From assembly GCA_963779615.1 (NCBI GenBank), contig CAVZZA010000005.1, positions 704,001-768,000 of the forward strand: 64,000 nt of DNA, in the 5' to 3' direction. Positions 32,904 to 45,227 of this stretch are shown one piece after another (within the stretch, counting starts at the first letter, position 1; each line of letters starts with the position of its first letter). Both the position numbers and the translations under genes were made by a program. Source of the stretch: an uncultured Nitrososphaeraceae archaeon (GTDB taxonomy: Archaea; Thermoproteota; Nitrososphaeria; Nitrososphaerales; Nitrososphaeraceae). The notes beneath the pieces are model-generated. The model made no database searches. It was given only the letters and a program-made list of their open reading frames with translations, and had not been told where the DNA came from.

Positions 32904-33572
32904 TTCAAATATCATAAATCAGAACTCGATACAAATAAGATCGTTAGGATCAAAAGGTAACTTTATTTACATATTTTATCAGAGGAAGTCCTATTAAGGA
33001 GATATAAAAAAAAGTGTTTAAAAATAATTATCTTTCTGATACTTGGTATAATCAATGGATATAATAAGAAAAGAAATATTATAAAACATAAAACTTTTTG
33101 TTATCCTTATATAAATCTTTTTGAATAAGTTTCAAATGTTCATTAATTATTCAAACTAATCAATTTTCTGATGATGAAGTTTTTTTCTTACACTATAAGT
33201 ACAGTTGGAACATAATGACAGTTGTAGAATACGTAAATCAACAATAATCGTTTTTATCCTTGTTGCATAAATCAATTTATTTGTTTTACATTAAAAACAA
33301 TGTATTATTTGTAACAAATAGGCCTTCTTATATTATGTCCTATTGTGAGGAGACGAGAGATTCGCTTTGTCTATGACTATTCTAATGTAGGACAACATAT
33401 CAAGATTGAAGAGATTATTAATGAAATAAGGAAGGTAATAAAAAGCAAAGGTATTCTGATTCATTTATTTCTGTTAAGGTTACAACGGGGTTTACTTTCG
33501 TCTGTCATTTAGGCAAATACAGGCTAAGGAGGAGGAGTGATCAAAACCACATGGAAGAATCCATCAAACTAT

Positions 33573-34270
33573 TCATAACATCCACAAAAAGTACAAGAAT
33601 AAACAATATGGACGTATGCAGTATGGTAGTAGTAAATTAAATGATGAAGATGAAGATGAAGTTAAAGTAACGTGCATCCGGTTATCCTGTGCATTAGCAG
33701 TGGTTACATCATCTGCTGTTAGAGGTAATATAAGATCACCTGCTGCTGCTGCTGCAGTTGTCGATGTAAGATGCAGTTTGTATCCGAAAACCCATCCCTT
33801 GGTATGGCTATAGCCCCACCTTGGATCCGTATCAATGCCAGAACGAGGTACTGCTCCTTTTTCCATAAATGGATGATTATTCCATACACAACCCTTTGCT
33901 TCAGCAGGGTACTGTATATTGCTGTTAGAGAAGAGTTCGTCATACCTTCTACAACAAATAGATTTCCCCTTGTTGATATCCTTTCTTTTATATCTGTAGA
34001 AATCGTTTTTAGCCTTCTATCAAACGTACGTCTACATATGATGGAATGGATAATAACCCACAGGCTAATGCTAGTTTACGATTATACTGACAATCCATGT
34101 TAAGAAAAGTGTGTAAGGCATTGTTGGAATCCAATCTAAACCATCATATTCTTACAATAAAACATCTTTTAATTACTGAGGGTGGAAAATAAACATACGG
34201 TCTGCCACGACGATGTTTATCTGCATTGCTTGGCCATTGTATACAACCTATCAGATATAGAATATTAAAA
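33573..34270 (-). mobile_element. Decayed DDE transposase (IS982/ISH3-like)
   Basis: Fragments RRGRPYVY and IDTDPRWGYSHTKGWVFGYKLH; many stops and frameshifts. Confidence 0.75.
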
Positions 34271-34514
34271 AGGATGGATTCCTTTTATCAAGATCTAGCC
34301 TTTGGGACAGTTTTGGTCAAAATCATATTCCAGGGGTTAGATTTAAGTTGTTATGAAATATATCGAGATAGTTTGAATTATTACCATGCCTCGTTTATTT
34401 AAATGATTAATCGCTCCACTTATTCAACAGATTGTACATATCTTTTTTACTCCATAATATAGTAGATAAATTCGGATAAATTAAGTTCTATTATCAACTT
34501 TTTAATATAACAAA

Positions 34515-35243
34515 TCAGCTTGTCAGTGACATGAAATTCTTGTACACTGTTTTTGAATATTTGTATAATTCTCCAACCTTTTTATTCACATCGAATATCA
34601 ATTCTTGTTTATCTATGTTTTCAGACAAGATCTCTTTTTGATATTCTTCAATCCAATTAACTATCATAGGTTCGGTTACTTCTAAATGGAATTGAATTCC
34701 ATAAGCGGTTTTGTATCGAAAGGCCTGTGTATATGAAGTAGAAAAAGATAAAACATTTGCATTTTCGGGTAATAGAAATGTATCACCGTGCCACTGAAAT
34801 ACCTGAATTTTCTTGTCGGAAATATTTTTAAATAAAGTATTTTTGCCCTCTTCTGTAATATCGACATAATTCCAACCGATTTCTTTTTGCAATCCAGGAT
34901 GTACTTTTCCTCCACACGAATCAGCTATAAGTTGAGAGCCCAAGCAAATACCCAATATTGGAATTCCAAGTTTGATAGAATTAAGAATCAGCTGTTTTTC
35001 TTTTCTCAAGTAGTCATGATCATCATTTACGGACATGGGTCCACCCAATACAAAAATTGCATCAAAATTTTTTATATTTTCAGGAATGACTTGCTTTGGT
35101 GCAAGAACTTCTCTTATTCTATAGCCATCGGATAAAAGAAAATCTTTCAAACTACCCAATGTTTCACAAGAAATATTTTTAATAGAAAGGATTTCATTAG
35201 AATTTCCCAATACTCCTTTAGTTAAAATAAACTTTAAAAACAT
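34515..35243 (-). CDS. Type 1 glutamine amidotransferase
   Basis: GGPMS, GICLG, WHGD, QFHLE. Confidence 0.92.
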   Translation of the reverse strand: MFLKFILTKGVLGNSNEILSIKNISCETLGSLKDFLLSDGYRIREVLAPKQVIPENIKNFDAIFVLGGPMSVNDDHDYLRKEKQLILNSIKLGIPILGICLGSQLIADSCGGKVHPGLQKEIGWNYVDITEEGKNTLFKNISDKKIQVFQWHGDTFLLPENANVLSFSTSYTQAFRYKTAYGIQFHLEVTEPMIVNWIEEYQKEILSENIDKQELIFDVNKKVGELYKYSKTVYKNFMSLTS

Positions 35244-35281
35244 TCTATAACAACTAAATCAAATCATCTAGTTAAGAAAAG

Positions 35282-36556
35282 ATGGATTTTAAGGAGATAT
35301 TTTTTTTAACGCTGAGTTCAATAAAAGAAAGGAAAACTCGAACTATACTCACAATTTTGATGATAACAATGGGGTGTGGTTTATTAGTATCGCTAAGCAG
35401 CTTAACACAAGGGCTCATCTCTTTTGTAGAGCAAAATTTTAAAAAAATTCTCCCCAATCAAATAATAATTTCAAATTCAGACAAAATTCAGCAATCCAAC
35501 CTGGAAAATATCCAAAACAAACTTCAAGTTTTATTTGATAAAAATCTCAGTGTGATAGAAAAAAGAATACCTTTTGATTATAACACCACAAAATATTTAG
35601 AAAACATTAACGGGGTAGAGTCAGTAGACGCAGCATATCAGGGCATGTTAATGTTAAAACATGGTAATAAATCAGAAATTACAAATGCTATTGCAACTAA
35701 TTTTACAAGTTTAAGAAATATTATACCGGATTTTGAAAAAAAAAACATAATAGAATCCTCAAAAAAAGAGAATTTTATAATATTACCCCAAAAAATAAGT
35801 GAAAATCTTTTTCTTTCAAAAAAAGAAAAAAACAATCTAACTGTTAACAGCATAGGGGAAATAGACAACCTTTCAACAACATCCGATACAGATAACAATT
35901 TTAATGTAATATCAATCATCAATTCAACAGGCAACCCAATAATAGATAATTCTGTTTTCATTGAAGCAAAAATAGGTAAAGAAATTCTCAATAAATCTGG
36001 TGACTATGACATAGTATTTCTAACCTACAATGATATAAACAAAGTGGATAATATTGTAAAAACCTTACAAAAGCACTTCAACAATCAAATAACCATTCTA
36101 AACTCTTTAGAAATTATGAAAACCTTGACCAAATTTATTGTAGGGGTTTCCACATTTATTTCCAGCATAGCAGTTTTTTCCCTAATAGTTGGAGCAATAG
36201 GGATTGTAATCACGATATACACATCAGTAGTTGAAAGAACGAGGGAGATTGGAATACTAAAAGCACTTGGGGGGACAAACAGGACAATATTATCGATGTT
36301 TTTAACAGAATCTGTGATAATAGGGATTATTGGCGCAGGAATTGGAATATTGGTTGGATTTTTAGGATCCCATATTCTCTTAAATGCTTTTTTATTTTTT
36401 TTAAAAATACCAATAAAAATATTCCCGGTTTTTAATCTAATAGAGATTTTGAAAATTTTCACCGTCGTAGTGGGGTTGAGTATTTTTTCAGGCTTATATC
36501 CGGCTTACAGAGGATCAAAAATTTCTCCAGTAAATGCACTAAACAAATATTATTAA
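35282..36556 (+). CDS. ABC transporter permease (MacB/FtsX family)
   Basis: RKTRTILT, large extracellular loop, ERTREIGILKALG, YPAYR. Confidence 0.9.
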   Translation: MDFKEIFFLTLSSIKERKTRTILTILMITMGCGLLVSLSSLTQGLISFVEQNFKKILPNQIIISNSDKIQQSNLENIQNKLQVLFDKNLSVIEKRIPFDYNTTKYLENINGVESVDAAYQGMLMLKHGNKSEITNAIATNFTSLRNIIPDFEKKNIIESSKKENFIILPQKISENLFLSKKEKNNLTVNSIGEIDNLSTTSDTDNNFNVISIINSTGNPIIDNSVFIEAKIGKEILNKSGDYDIVFLTYNDINKVDNIVKTLQKHFNNQITILNSLEIMKTLTKFIVGVSTFISSIAVFSLIVGAIGIVITIYTSVVERTREIGILKALGGTNRTILSMFLTESVIIGIIGAGIGILVGFLGSHILLNAFLFFLKIPIKIFPVFNLIEILKIFTVVVGLSIFSGLYPAYRGSKISPVNALNKYY

Positions 36557-36620
36557 TTTGTTTACCAAACACTATAAAATAATATTTATTCGGCATCACA
36601 TATATATCTAAAGAGCCAGA

Positions 36621-38657
36621 TTGAATAACTTTTTTTCCTCAAATGACATATTAATCGACAATAATTCAAACAAAAACACAAAAATTAATTCAAATAATAA
36701 AAACAAATTTATTCTATCTAATCATCTGTCACCCAAAGGCGATCAACCTCAAGCAATCAATAACCTAATTCGTGGAATAGAATCAGGTAAAAAAAAACAA
36801 ATTTTATTGGGCGTTACTGGGAGTGGCAAGACATTTACCATTGCAAACGTTATTTCAAAATTAAATAGAAACGTTTTAGTCATATCACATAACAAAACCT
36901 TATCAGCACAGTTATATACAGAATTTAAGGAATTCTTTCCCAACAACAATGTGGGATATTTTGTTAGTTTTTATGATTACTATCAGCCCGAAAGCTATAT
37001 GCCTCAAACTGACACATATATAGAAAAGGATACAGAAATTAACGAAAAAATCGAACAGATGAGGCTTGAATCAACATCGATGCTATTATCAGGGGAGCCA
37101 ACCATCATAGTGGCAACTGTATCATGCATTTATTCACTCGGGTCTCCTACAGAATGGAAAGAGCAATCAATAATCCTAAAAAAAGGTATGAATATAAACA
37201 GAAAATCAATCATACAAAAGCTAGTTAAAATAAGGTATGAGAGAAATGATATCAGCCCCATAAACGGAACTTTCAGATCAAAAGGAGACATAATTGACAT
37301 AATTCCAGGTTTTTCAAAAGAAATGATTAGAATAAGTCTTTATGGTAACACAATAGAGAATATTTTTATTTTAGACAAAGATACAAAAGAAACAATTAAG
37401 GAAGAAAATAAAACAATAACAATTTTTCCAGCAAAACATTACCTTGTAGATGAAAATACACAGAATAATGCAATAAAATCCATAAAAGAAGAAATGGATA
37501 AATGGTTACCACACCTCCCATCAGAATTAGAAAAACAAAGGCTAAACTCAAGAACAAATTATGATTTAGAAATGATTAAAGAATTGGGGTATTGCAACGG
37601 AATTGAAAACTATTCAAGACACTTTGATGGAAGAAAACCAGGTGAACCACCATATTGTCTTTTGGATTTTTTTAAGGAAGATTTCTTGTTAGTAATTGAC
37701 GAATCTCATGTAACACTACCCCAAGTTATGGCAATGTTCAAAGGAGATTACTCGCGAAAGAAAACATTGGTGGATTATGGATTCAGGCTGCCAAGTGCAT
37801 TTGATAACAGGCCACTTAAATTTGAAGAGTTTGAAGAATATTTTAATAATGTGATATTCGTATCAGCAACACCGGGAAAATACGAATTGAGTCATAACGA
37901 TAATCTAGTGGAACAGGTTGTAAGACCCACAGGACTTGTAGACCCAAAGATAGAAATTAAAGAGACAAATGGTCAAATCAAAGACCTAATAATAGAGATT
38001 AACAAAAGAACTGAGAAGAATCAAAGAACCCTTGTTACAACCCTGACCAAAAAGATGGCAGAAGATATGGCAGAATTTTTATCAAAAAATGAAATAAAAG
38101 TAAGGTACATACATTCAGAAATCAAGGGAATAGAAAGAACAGAAATACTAAGGCAGTTAAGAGCTGGAGAGTTTGACGTTTTGGTAGGAATAAATTTATT
38201 AAGAGAGGGACTTGACTTGCCAGAAGTTTCGCTTGTGGCAGTAATGGACGCAGATAAAGAAGGGTTTTTAAGAAATTACACGAGTTTGATTCAAACTTTT
38301 GGAAGGGCCGCAAGAAATTTAGATGGAAAGGTAATTTTATATTCCAACACCATAACTAAATCTATAAAGGAAGCAGTTGTAGAAACCAATAGAAGAAGAA
38401 GAAAACAAATTGAGTATAACGATATCAATAGAATCGAACCAAAAACAATTATCAAGCCAGTTCCGGAAAAGGGTTCAAATATTTCAAAATTTGACATAGA
38501 TTTAAAAACAATGACAAGAAATGATTTGATGGATTTATCAATTAAAATAGAAAATCAAATGAACAAGTTCGCAGAAGATCTTGAATTTGAAAAGGCTATA
38601 GAACATAGAGAAGATTTAAGAAAAATAAATGAAATTTTACTAATAAAAAATAAATAG
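36621..38657 (+). CDS. uvrB: Excinuclease ABC subunit B
   Basis: GVTGSGKT, YDYYQPE, DESH, GRAAR. Confidence 0.97.
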   Translation: MNNFFSSNDILIDNNSNKNTKINSNNKNKFILSNHLSPKGDQPQAINNLIRGIESGKKKQILLGVTGSGKTFTIANVISKLNRNVLVISHNKTLSAQLYTEFKEFFPNNNVGYFVSFYDYYQPESYMPQTDTYIEKDTEINEKIEQMRLESTSMLLSGEPTIIVATVSCIYSLGSPTEWKEQSIILKKGMNINRKSIIQKLVKIRYERNDISPINGTFRSKGDIIDIIPGFSKEMIRISLYGNTIENIFILDKDTKETIKEENKTITIFPAKHYLVDENTQNNAIKSIKEEMDKWLPHLPSELEKQRLNSRTNYDLEMIKELGYCNGIENYSRHFDGRKPGEPPYCLLDFFKEDFLLVIDESHVTLPQVMAMFKGDYSRKKTLVDYGFRLPSAFDNRPLKFEEFEEYFNNVIFVSATPGKYELSHNDNLVEQVVRPTGLVDPKIEIKETNGQIKDLIIEINKRTEKNQRTLVTTLTKKMAEDMAEFLSKNEIKVRYIHSEIKGIERTEILRQLRAGEFDVLVGINLLREGLDLPEVSLVAVMDADKEGFLRNYTSLIQTFGRAARNLDGKVILYSNTITKSIKEAVVETNRRRRKQIEYNDINRIEPKTIIKPVPEKGSNISKFDIDLKTMTRNDLMDLSIKIENQMNKFAEDLEFEKAIEHREDLRKINEILLIKNK

Positions 38658-38676
38658 TAAAAAAAATAGAGATGAA

Positions 38677-41565
38677 ATGGACAATAAAATAATTATCAAG
38701 GGAGCAAAACAGCATAATTTAAAAAACATAAATGTCGACATTCCCAAAAATAAGTTAGTTGTGTTTACAGGTTTATCCGGATCTGGGAAATCCACATTGG
38801 CCTTTGATACAATTTTTGCAGAGGGTCAAAGAAGATATGTTGAATCACTATCAGCATATGCCAGGCAATTTTTACAGATAATGGATAAACCAGATGTTGA
38901 TTCAATAGAAGGATTATCACCAGCAATAGCTATTCAGCAAAAGACTACAAACAAAAATCCACGATCCACGGTAGGAACAATAACAGAGATATACGATTAT
39001 TTGAGGTTATTGTTCTCAAAAATAGGAAATCCGCATTGCCCTGAATGCGGTAGAAAAATAGCACACCAATCCATTGATTCAATAGTTAGCAGGATATTGG
39101 AAATTAATAAAACCACAGATAAAGAAGTGATCTTTATTTTAGCACCCGTAATTAGAGAAAAAAAAGGGGTTTATGAAAAAGTTTTAAAGGATTTAAAAGA
39201 TGAGGGATATTTAAGAATTCGGATTGATAAAAAAATTATAGACTTGAATGAATTTGAAAAGCTTAATCTGATACCCGAGACAGAAAAGCAAAAAAGGCAT
39301 TCGATTGAGGCAGTAATAGACAGAATAATTATCGACGATGAACATATAGAGAAAGACAGAATTTTTGAAGCTGTACAAAACGCATTGAATATGGGTCAAG
39401 GATTAACAATAGTTCAGATCGGAGAAAAAGACTACATCTTTTCGCAAAAAAACGCATGTCCATACTGCAATATAAACATTGGAGAAATGGAGCCAAGGTT
39501 TTTTTCATTTAACTCACCATTTGGAGCATGTGAAAAATGCAATGGACTTGGAATAGAAATTGAATTTGATCCTGATTTAATAATCCCAGACAAGAGTAAA
39601 AGTATTCTAAATGGCGGGATAAAGCCCTGGTCTTCCGGACAATTTGCAAGCTTTAGGACATCAATGCTAAAAGACGTTGGAAAGAAATTTGGGTTTAATT
39701 TAAACACACCTATAGAAAAAATGAGTGATGAGCAGATTAGTGTTATTTTATACGGAACAGACATCAAAATTAATTATAATTATGTTTCAAAATCAAGCGA
39801 TAGCTCTTGGGAGTATTCTGGGAGGTTTAAAGGTGTGATACCAAATTTAGAAAGAATATACAATGAGACAGAATCTGAGTCAAAAAGAGACGAAATAACA
39901 AAATTTATGAAAGAAAAACCATGCGAAAAATGCAAGGGAAACAGGTTAAAAAAAGAAGCGCTCTCAGTTAAAATAAATGAAAAGTCAATCATGGACATTT
40001 GCAATTTACCGATAGAAAAAACAGTTGAGTTTTTCAATAAAATAAATTTAACAGATAACGAAAGCATTATTTCAAAGCAGATTTTAAAGGAGATAAAAAG
40101 CAGGCTGGAATTTTTATTGGGGGTTGGACTAAACTACTTGAACCTTAACAGAAAAGCGGGAACACTTTCCGGGGGAGAATCCCAAAGGATAAGATTAGCA
40201 ACACAAATAGGTTCTAATTTAACAGGTGTTCTCTACGTTCTAGACGAACCCACTATTGGATTGCATCAAAGAGACAACTCCCTCCTAATCAAAACTTTAT
40301 TCAGGTTGCGAGACCTCGGAAACACAGTTATCATTGTAGAGCATGATGAGGACATAATAAGAAACTCAGACTGGATAATAGACATCGGACCTGCTGCAGG
40401 AATCCACGGCGGCCAGATAGTAGCACAAGGAATAATAACACAAATAATGGATAACAAGAATTCCATAACCGGCGAGTTTTTGTCTGGAAGAAAAAAAGTA
40501 ACAGAGGATTTTAAAAGAAAGGAAAACAATGGAAAATTCTTGTCTATCTTAGGGGCAAGTGAAAATAATTTAAAAAACATAAACCCAAAATTCCCCATTG
40601 GGTTGATAACCGTTGTAACAGGTGTTTCTGGATCAGGTAAATCTACACTCGTAAACGACATACTGTTTAATTACCTGACGAACCACTTTTACAAATCAAA
40701 ACTAACCACAGGGAAATTTAAAAAAATTCAAGGGGTTGATTATATAGACAAGGTCATAGGAATTGATCAATCACCGATTGGAAGAACACCAAGATCAAAC
40801 GCTGTGACCTATGTTAATGCTTTTACCCGAATAAGAGAACTCTACTCACTAACACAAGAATCAAAGGAAAGGGGATACAAGCCTGGAAGGTTTTCTTTTA
40901 ATTTACCAGACGGCAGATGCGATGTCTGCGAAGGGGCAGGAGTGCGGAAAATAGAAATGCAGTTTCTTCCAGATGTTTACATAACATGTGATCAGTGCCA
41001 TGGAAAAAGATACAATACAGAAACACTTTCAATAAAGTACAAGGGAAAAAGCATTTCAGAAGTATTAGACATGACAGTCGAAGAATCCTTAGAGTTTTTT
41101 AAAAACATTCCAGCAATAGCAAATAAGTTTAATTTATTAAACGATGTAGGACTGGGATACCTGCATCTGGGTCAATCGGCAACAACACTATCAGGTGGAG
41201 AGGCACAAAGAATCAAATTGGCTACTGAACTATCCAAAAAGGACACAGGCAATACCCTTTACATTCTTGATGAACCGACCACAGGATTGCATTTTTCAGA
41301 CGTAAAGAAACTTTTAAAGATTCTGTACAGGCTCAGGGATATGGGAAATACAATAATCATAATAGAGCATAACCTTGACGTAATATCTGCAGCAGATTGG
41401 ATAGTAGACCTTGGTCCCGAAGGGGGCAACAATGGCGGTCAGATAGTGGCATATGGAACTCCGGATGAAATCATCAATAACGAGATAAGCCATACCGCTC
41501 GATTTTTAAAAGAAAAATTACGACAATTCAACTTACAGGAACCAACAAACATAATCAGAATATAA
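38677..41565 (+). CDS. uvrA: Excinuclease ABC subunit A
   Basis: Two GxSGSGKS and LSGGE motifs plus Zn fingers. Confidence 0.98.
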   Translation: MDNKIIIKGAKQHNLKNINVDIPKNKLVVFTGLSGSGKSTLAFDTIFAEGQRRYVESLSAYARQFLQIMDKPDVDSIEGLSPAIAIQQKTTNKNPRSTVGTITEIYDYLRLLFSKIGNPHCPECGRKIAHQSIDSIVSRILEINKTTDKEVIFILAPVIREKKGVYEKVLKDLKDEGYLRIRIDKKIIDLNEFEKLNLIPETEKQKRHSIEAVIDRIIIDDEHIEKDRIFEAVQNALNMGQGLTIVQIGEKDYIFSQKNACPYCNINIGEMEPRFFSFNSPFGACEKCNGLGIEIEFDPDLIIPDKSKSILNGGIKPWSSGQFASFRTSMLKDVGKKFGFNLNTPIEKMSDEQISVILYGTDIKINYNYVSKSSDSSWEYSGRFKGVIPNLERIYNETESESKRDEITKFMKEKPCEKCKGNRLKKEALSVKINEKSIMDICNLPIEKTVEFFNKINLTDNESIISKQILKEIKSRLEFLLGVGLNYLNLNRKAGTLSGGESQRIRLATQIGSNLTGVLYVLDEPTIGLHQRDNSLLIKTLFRLRDLGNTVIIVEHDEDIIRNSDWIIDIGPAAGIHGGQIVAQGIITQIMDNKNSITGEFLSGRKKVTEDFKRKENNGKFLSILGASENNLKNINPKFPIGLITVVTGVSGSGKSTLVNDILFNYLTNHFYKSKLTTGKFKKIQGVDYIDKVIGIDQSPIGRTPRSNAVTYVNAFTRIRELYSLTQESKERGYKPGRFSFNLPDGRCDVCEGAGVRKIEMQFLPDVYITCDQCHGKRYNTETLSIKYKGKSISEVLDMTVEESLEFFKNIPAIANKFNLLNDVGLGYLHLGQSATTLSGGEAQRIKLATELSKKDTGNTLYILDEPTTGLHFSDVKKLLKILYRLRDMGNTIIIIEHNLDVISAADWIVDLGPEGGNNGGQIVAYGTPDEIINNEISHTARFLKEKLRQFNLQEPTNIIRI

Positions 41566-41622
41566 AAAAAGAGAAAGCGAAGAAATTTAAATAATAATTT
41601 TGTATAACAAGTAATTAACAAG

Positions 41623-43381
41623 TTGGAAATAGAAATTCCAGACTACAATGTAGAACAGACTTTTCCCCAAAAACCAGGTGTTTACATTATGAAGGACATT
41701 GAAGAAAAGGTTATTTATATCGGTAAGGCTAAAAATCTAAACAAACGAATTAAAAGCTATTTTTCAAAAGACAGTTACAGAACAAGGGATAAAACATCCA
41801 TTCTGATTTCCAGGGTTAAAAAAATAGACTACATAATAACAGACAATGAAATTGAGGCATACCTACTGGAATCAAACCTGATAAAAAAATACCGGCCAGT
41901 TTTCAATATAGAGTTAAAAGATCAGCAAAGATACACATACCTAAAGATAACTGATGAAAAATTTCCAAGACTGCTGGTAACAAGGAGAAACAGAAACGGA
42001 GAGTTCATGGGACCAAAAGGCGAGATTTTTGGACCCTTTGTTAAAGGAAGCTCAAGATACTTGACGATAGGTCTTTTGAGGAAAATGTTTAAAATCAGAA
42101 TCTGTAAACAATTACCCAAAAGGGAATGTCTGGAATACCATATCGGTAATTGCGATGCCCCCTGCATCAATAAAGTTTCAACAGAAGGATACAACAAAAA
42201 CATAGAAGCTATAAAAAGCATATTGAAAACGAATAGCGATTTTGACGAATTTTACTTGAAACTAGAAAATGAGATGAAAGATGCATCGGATAAAAAAGAG
42301 TATGAAAAAGCTATACATATCAGAGACACACTGTATAGACTAAAAAATTTGCAGTACCATCAAAAAATGGAAAACACCTTTCAAATCAGTCCGATAGAAG
42401 AGTACATTGGAATAGTCTATGAAAAGATGAAAAACATGGCATATGTTATGACCCTAATTAGCAAAAATGGAGTAATCAATGATATGAAAAAATATCAATT
42501 TGATTTAATTGCAGACAACTCCTTTGAAAGTTTTATATCCCAGTATTATTATTCAAACCCAACAATACCAAGTACAATCTATCTCAATGAGGAATTAGAG
42601 GAAAAATCAAAATTAGAACAGGTTTTGGAAAAAATATCTAATCACAGTGTCAAAATAAAAACTATCGGTAATCCAACAAGTCAAATTGTACAAGATGATG
42701 ATACCGATGGCAACTACAACAACAACAACGAGCAAAACGAGCAAAATCAGGATGACAAAACAAAGATAATGGAATTGATTTTAAGCAATTTAAAAGCATA
42801 TGTTCAGAAAAGCTATGAGCCAGCACTGGAGGAGTTAAAAGCATTATTGAATTTAAAAAAAATTCCCCACGTAATAGATTGCTTTGACATATCAAATTTC
42901 GGAAACGACTTTGCGGTGGGAGCCTGTACCAGGTTTATGGATGGCATTCCGCATAAAAATGGATACAGAAGGTTTAAAATCAAAAAAACTTTCAATCAGG
43001 ACGACTATTCAATGATGGAAGAAATCATATCAAGAAGATACAGAAAAAATGAGGAAACAGAGATAGAAACAGTTGTTATACCCGAAGAAAAAACAAAAAG
43101 AACAACAACAACAATGATAGAAGAATTGCCCAGTCTCTTAGTTATTGACGGCGGAAAAGGACACCTAAATGTGGCCCTAAAGACCTTAAAGAAAATTGGA
43201 CTTGAAAAATTAGAATGTGTATCACTAGCAAAAGAAAACGAGGAGGTTTTTTGTACCTCACTCCAATGATCCGATAATAATTCCTAAAAGCAAAAAACCA
43301 TTGAAAATATTACAGCATATGAGAGACGAATCACACAGATTTGGTTTGGCATATAACAGGAAACTGCGAAAAATAATGTGA
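41623..43381 (+). CDS. uvrC: Excinuclease ABC subunit C, frameshift in T6 at 43247-43252
   Basis: GIY-YIG (GVY...YIGKA), FDIS, IDGGKGH; RDESHRFG motif continues in the +1 frame to TGA 43381. Confidence 0.92.
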
Positions 43382-43752
43382 AATGAATTCAAAAATAAAA
43401 GAATTACTTAATAATAACCGCTTACTACATAACTCAGCCATATAAATGAGGTTAGGTATATCAATCATTTGTGATGGATTTGCCCTTACAACAAGTTCCC
43501 TTATAAGAACAGGTGAAATTCTTTATTTGTTTTTTCATGTAACGGCAGAAAATTCGATAAAGTGAATGAAACAAAGAAGCAAAAAAATAACAACTGCCTT
43601 TCTTTCACCATCCACCATAATAACACATAAAAAAGTGAAACCAATCGACGATATGCTATGTTTTACACATCCCCAGTAAAAATGGTAGTAACATTAATCA
43701 TGAAATACTTTTAAGTGGTAATCAAATCTCTAAATTGAGCATTACTATCTAA

Positions 43753-44644
43753 GAGCATGTCCTAAAATTGTCTTCCTATAGATGATGATGCTAGATGACA
43801 GACTGTACCAATCCAAGGTAATTCTCTGCCTTCTTTCCATATCCTGTGAAGTTTCCTGAACCTGTTGGCCATCATGAGTTGGTTCTCTCCACAACCCACC
43901 GCCTTCTTGGATGATATCTTTTTTGGAATGTTTTTTCTTTGTCCCTTGCCTGCTCCCCTCTCTTTCTCTTATGCGCCACATGAGACACATATTCCCGTTT
44001 GATTATCTCATGTTCCACCACCTTAGAACAGTACGCCCTGTCAAGGCACAGATGCTGTTTTGTTGTCTTGGTTTTTGGACTAACTTTACTTGGTGTAGGC
44101 TGCTGTTTCTTGATAACTGCGTTATCTATAACGTCTGTTACTACCTTTATATCGCGGGTATTTGCTGGTGTTATGACTGCAGACATAGGAGTGCCATTTT
44201 TGTCCGTCAAAATATGTCTTTTTGTGCCCAGTTTGCCTCTATCCGTGGGATTGGTACCTGTCATCGCCCCCCCCCAAAGGCGACTTTATCGATATGCTGT
44301 CTAGTGATTACCACATCCATTTGATTCCCTTTTTGTCATCATATGCTTTTAGCAACCCGGTCCATACCTTTTTGAAAATGCCTAGTTAAGCCCATTCCGG
44401 GAACCTTCTGTGGCATGTGGAACCGAAACCATATTCTCTAGGCAGCACCTACCACTGACATCAGGTCCTGAGAACACAGACAATGCCATCCATTACTTTT
44501 CTGCAGGGAACAATTGGGCGACCAATAGTGTTGTAGGGTTTTCCGCAGGCAAAACGGAAATAATCTCATCCCATAACTTATCTGGAATCCTTGAAGTGAC
44601 ATGTATACTCCGTTTCTGCTTCTGATGCTGATGGGTACAGGGCA
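43753..44644 (-). mobile_element. IS5-family (IS1031/IS427-like) transposase remnant
   Basis: NPTDRGKLGTKRHILTD, LCLDRAY, RRWVVERTNS; fragmented reading frames. Confidence 0.85.
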
Positions 44645-44790
44645 TATTTGAACAGTGATGGAATTAAGCATATTCCCATTGCTTGGGGTTGGGTATTCAG
44701 TCATAAAAGAAAAATAATAATAAAATCGTTGATAATGTGATTTCATCAGGGCAAAAGTCATTCTCTTGGTCATATCTTGCAAACAAACAA

Positions 44791-45171
44791 CTACGCCAAA
44801 AAGAGTTTCAATCCCACAGTTTTGAGTTCGTTAAAGTTTTCATTCAGCGAACATAAAGACGCCCCTTTATTTATGACAATTGAGGATATCATCAAAACCG
44901 TTGCCTTTGCTTTTATCCCCCTGTTTTCCAACTCTATTTCCAGTTCTGCTGCTTTTTCCGCATCTTGTTTGGAGAATCCATACACTTGTAACAAGTGTAT
45001 TGGAGGGGTTTTCATTTTCATCTTCATAAAAAAATGCAGAGTTTCGTATAGTGTTATGGACGTGATTGCAAAGTGCCCGCCATTTTTTTCCAGCTTTTCA
45101 TATATCTCCTGACCCCGTGTCGATTTTTTATTTAGTATTTTAACCAAAACATCAGTATCCAGAACTATCAA
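44791..45171 (-). CDS. vapC: VapC/PIN-domain toxin (probably degenerate)
   Basis: IVLDTDVL, TLYE; likely TTG start at 45171. Confidence 0.82.
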   Translation of the reverse strand: MIVLDTDVLVKILNKKSTRGQEIYEKLEKNGGHFAITSITLYETLHFFMKMKMKTPPIHLLQVYGFSKQDAEKAAELEIELENRGIKAKATVLMISSIVINKGASLCSLNENFNELKTVGLKLFLA

Positions 45172-45227
45172 AACTGGTGTGTCCCTCCCCATTCTCTAAC
45201 GTGCAAAAATCCTGACAGTTTCTCCTT

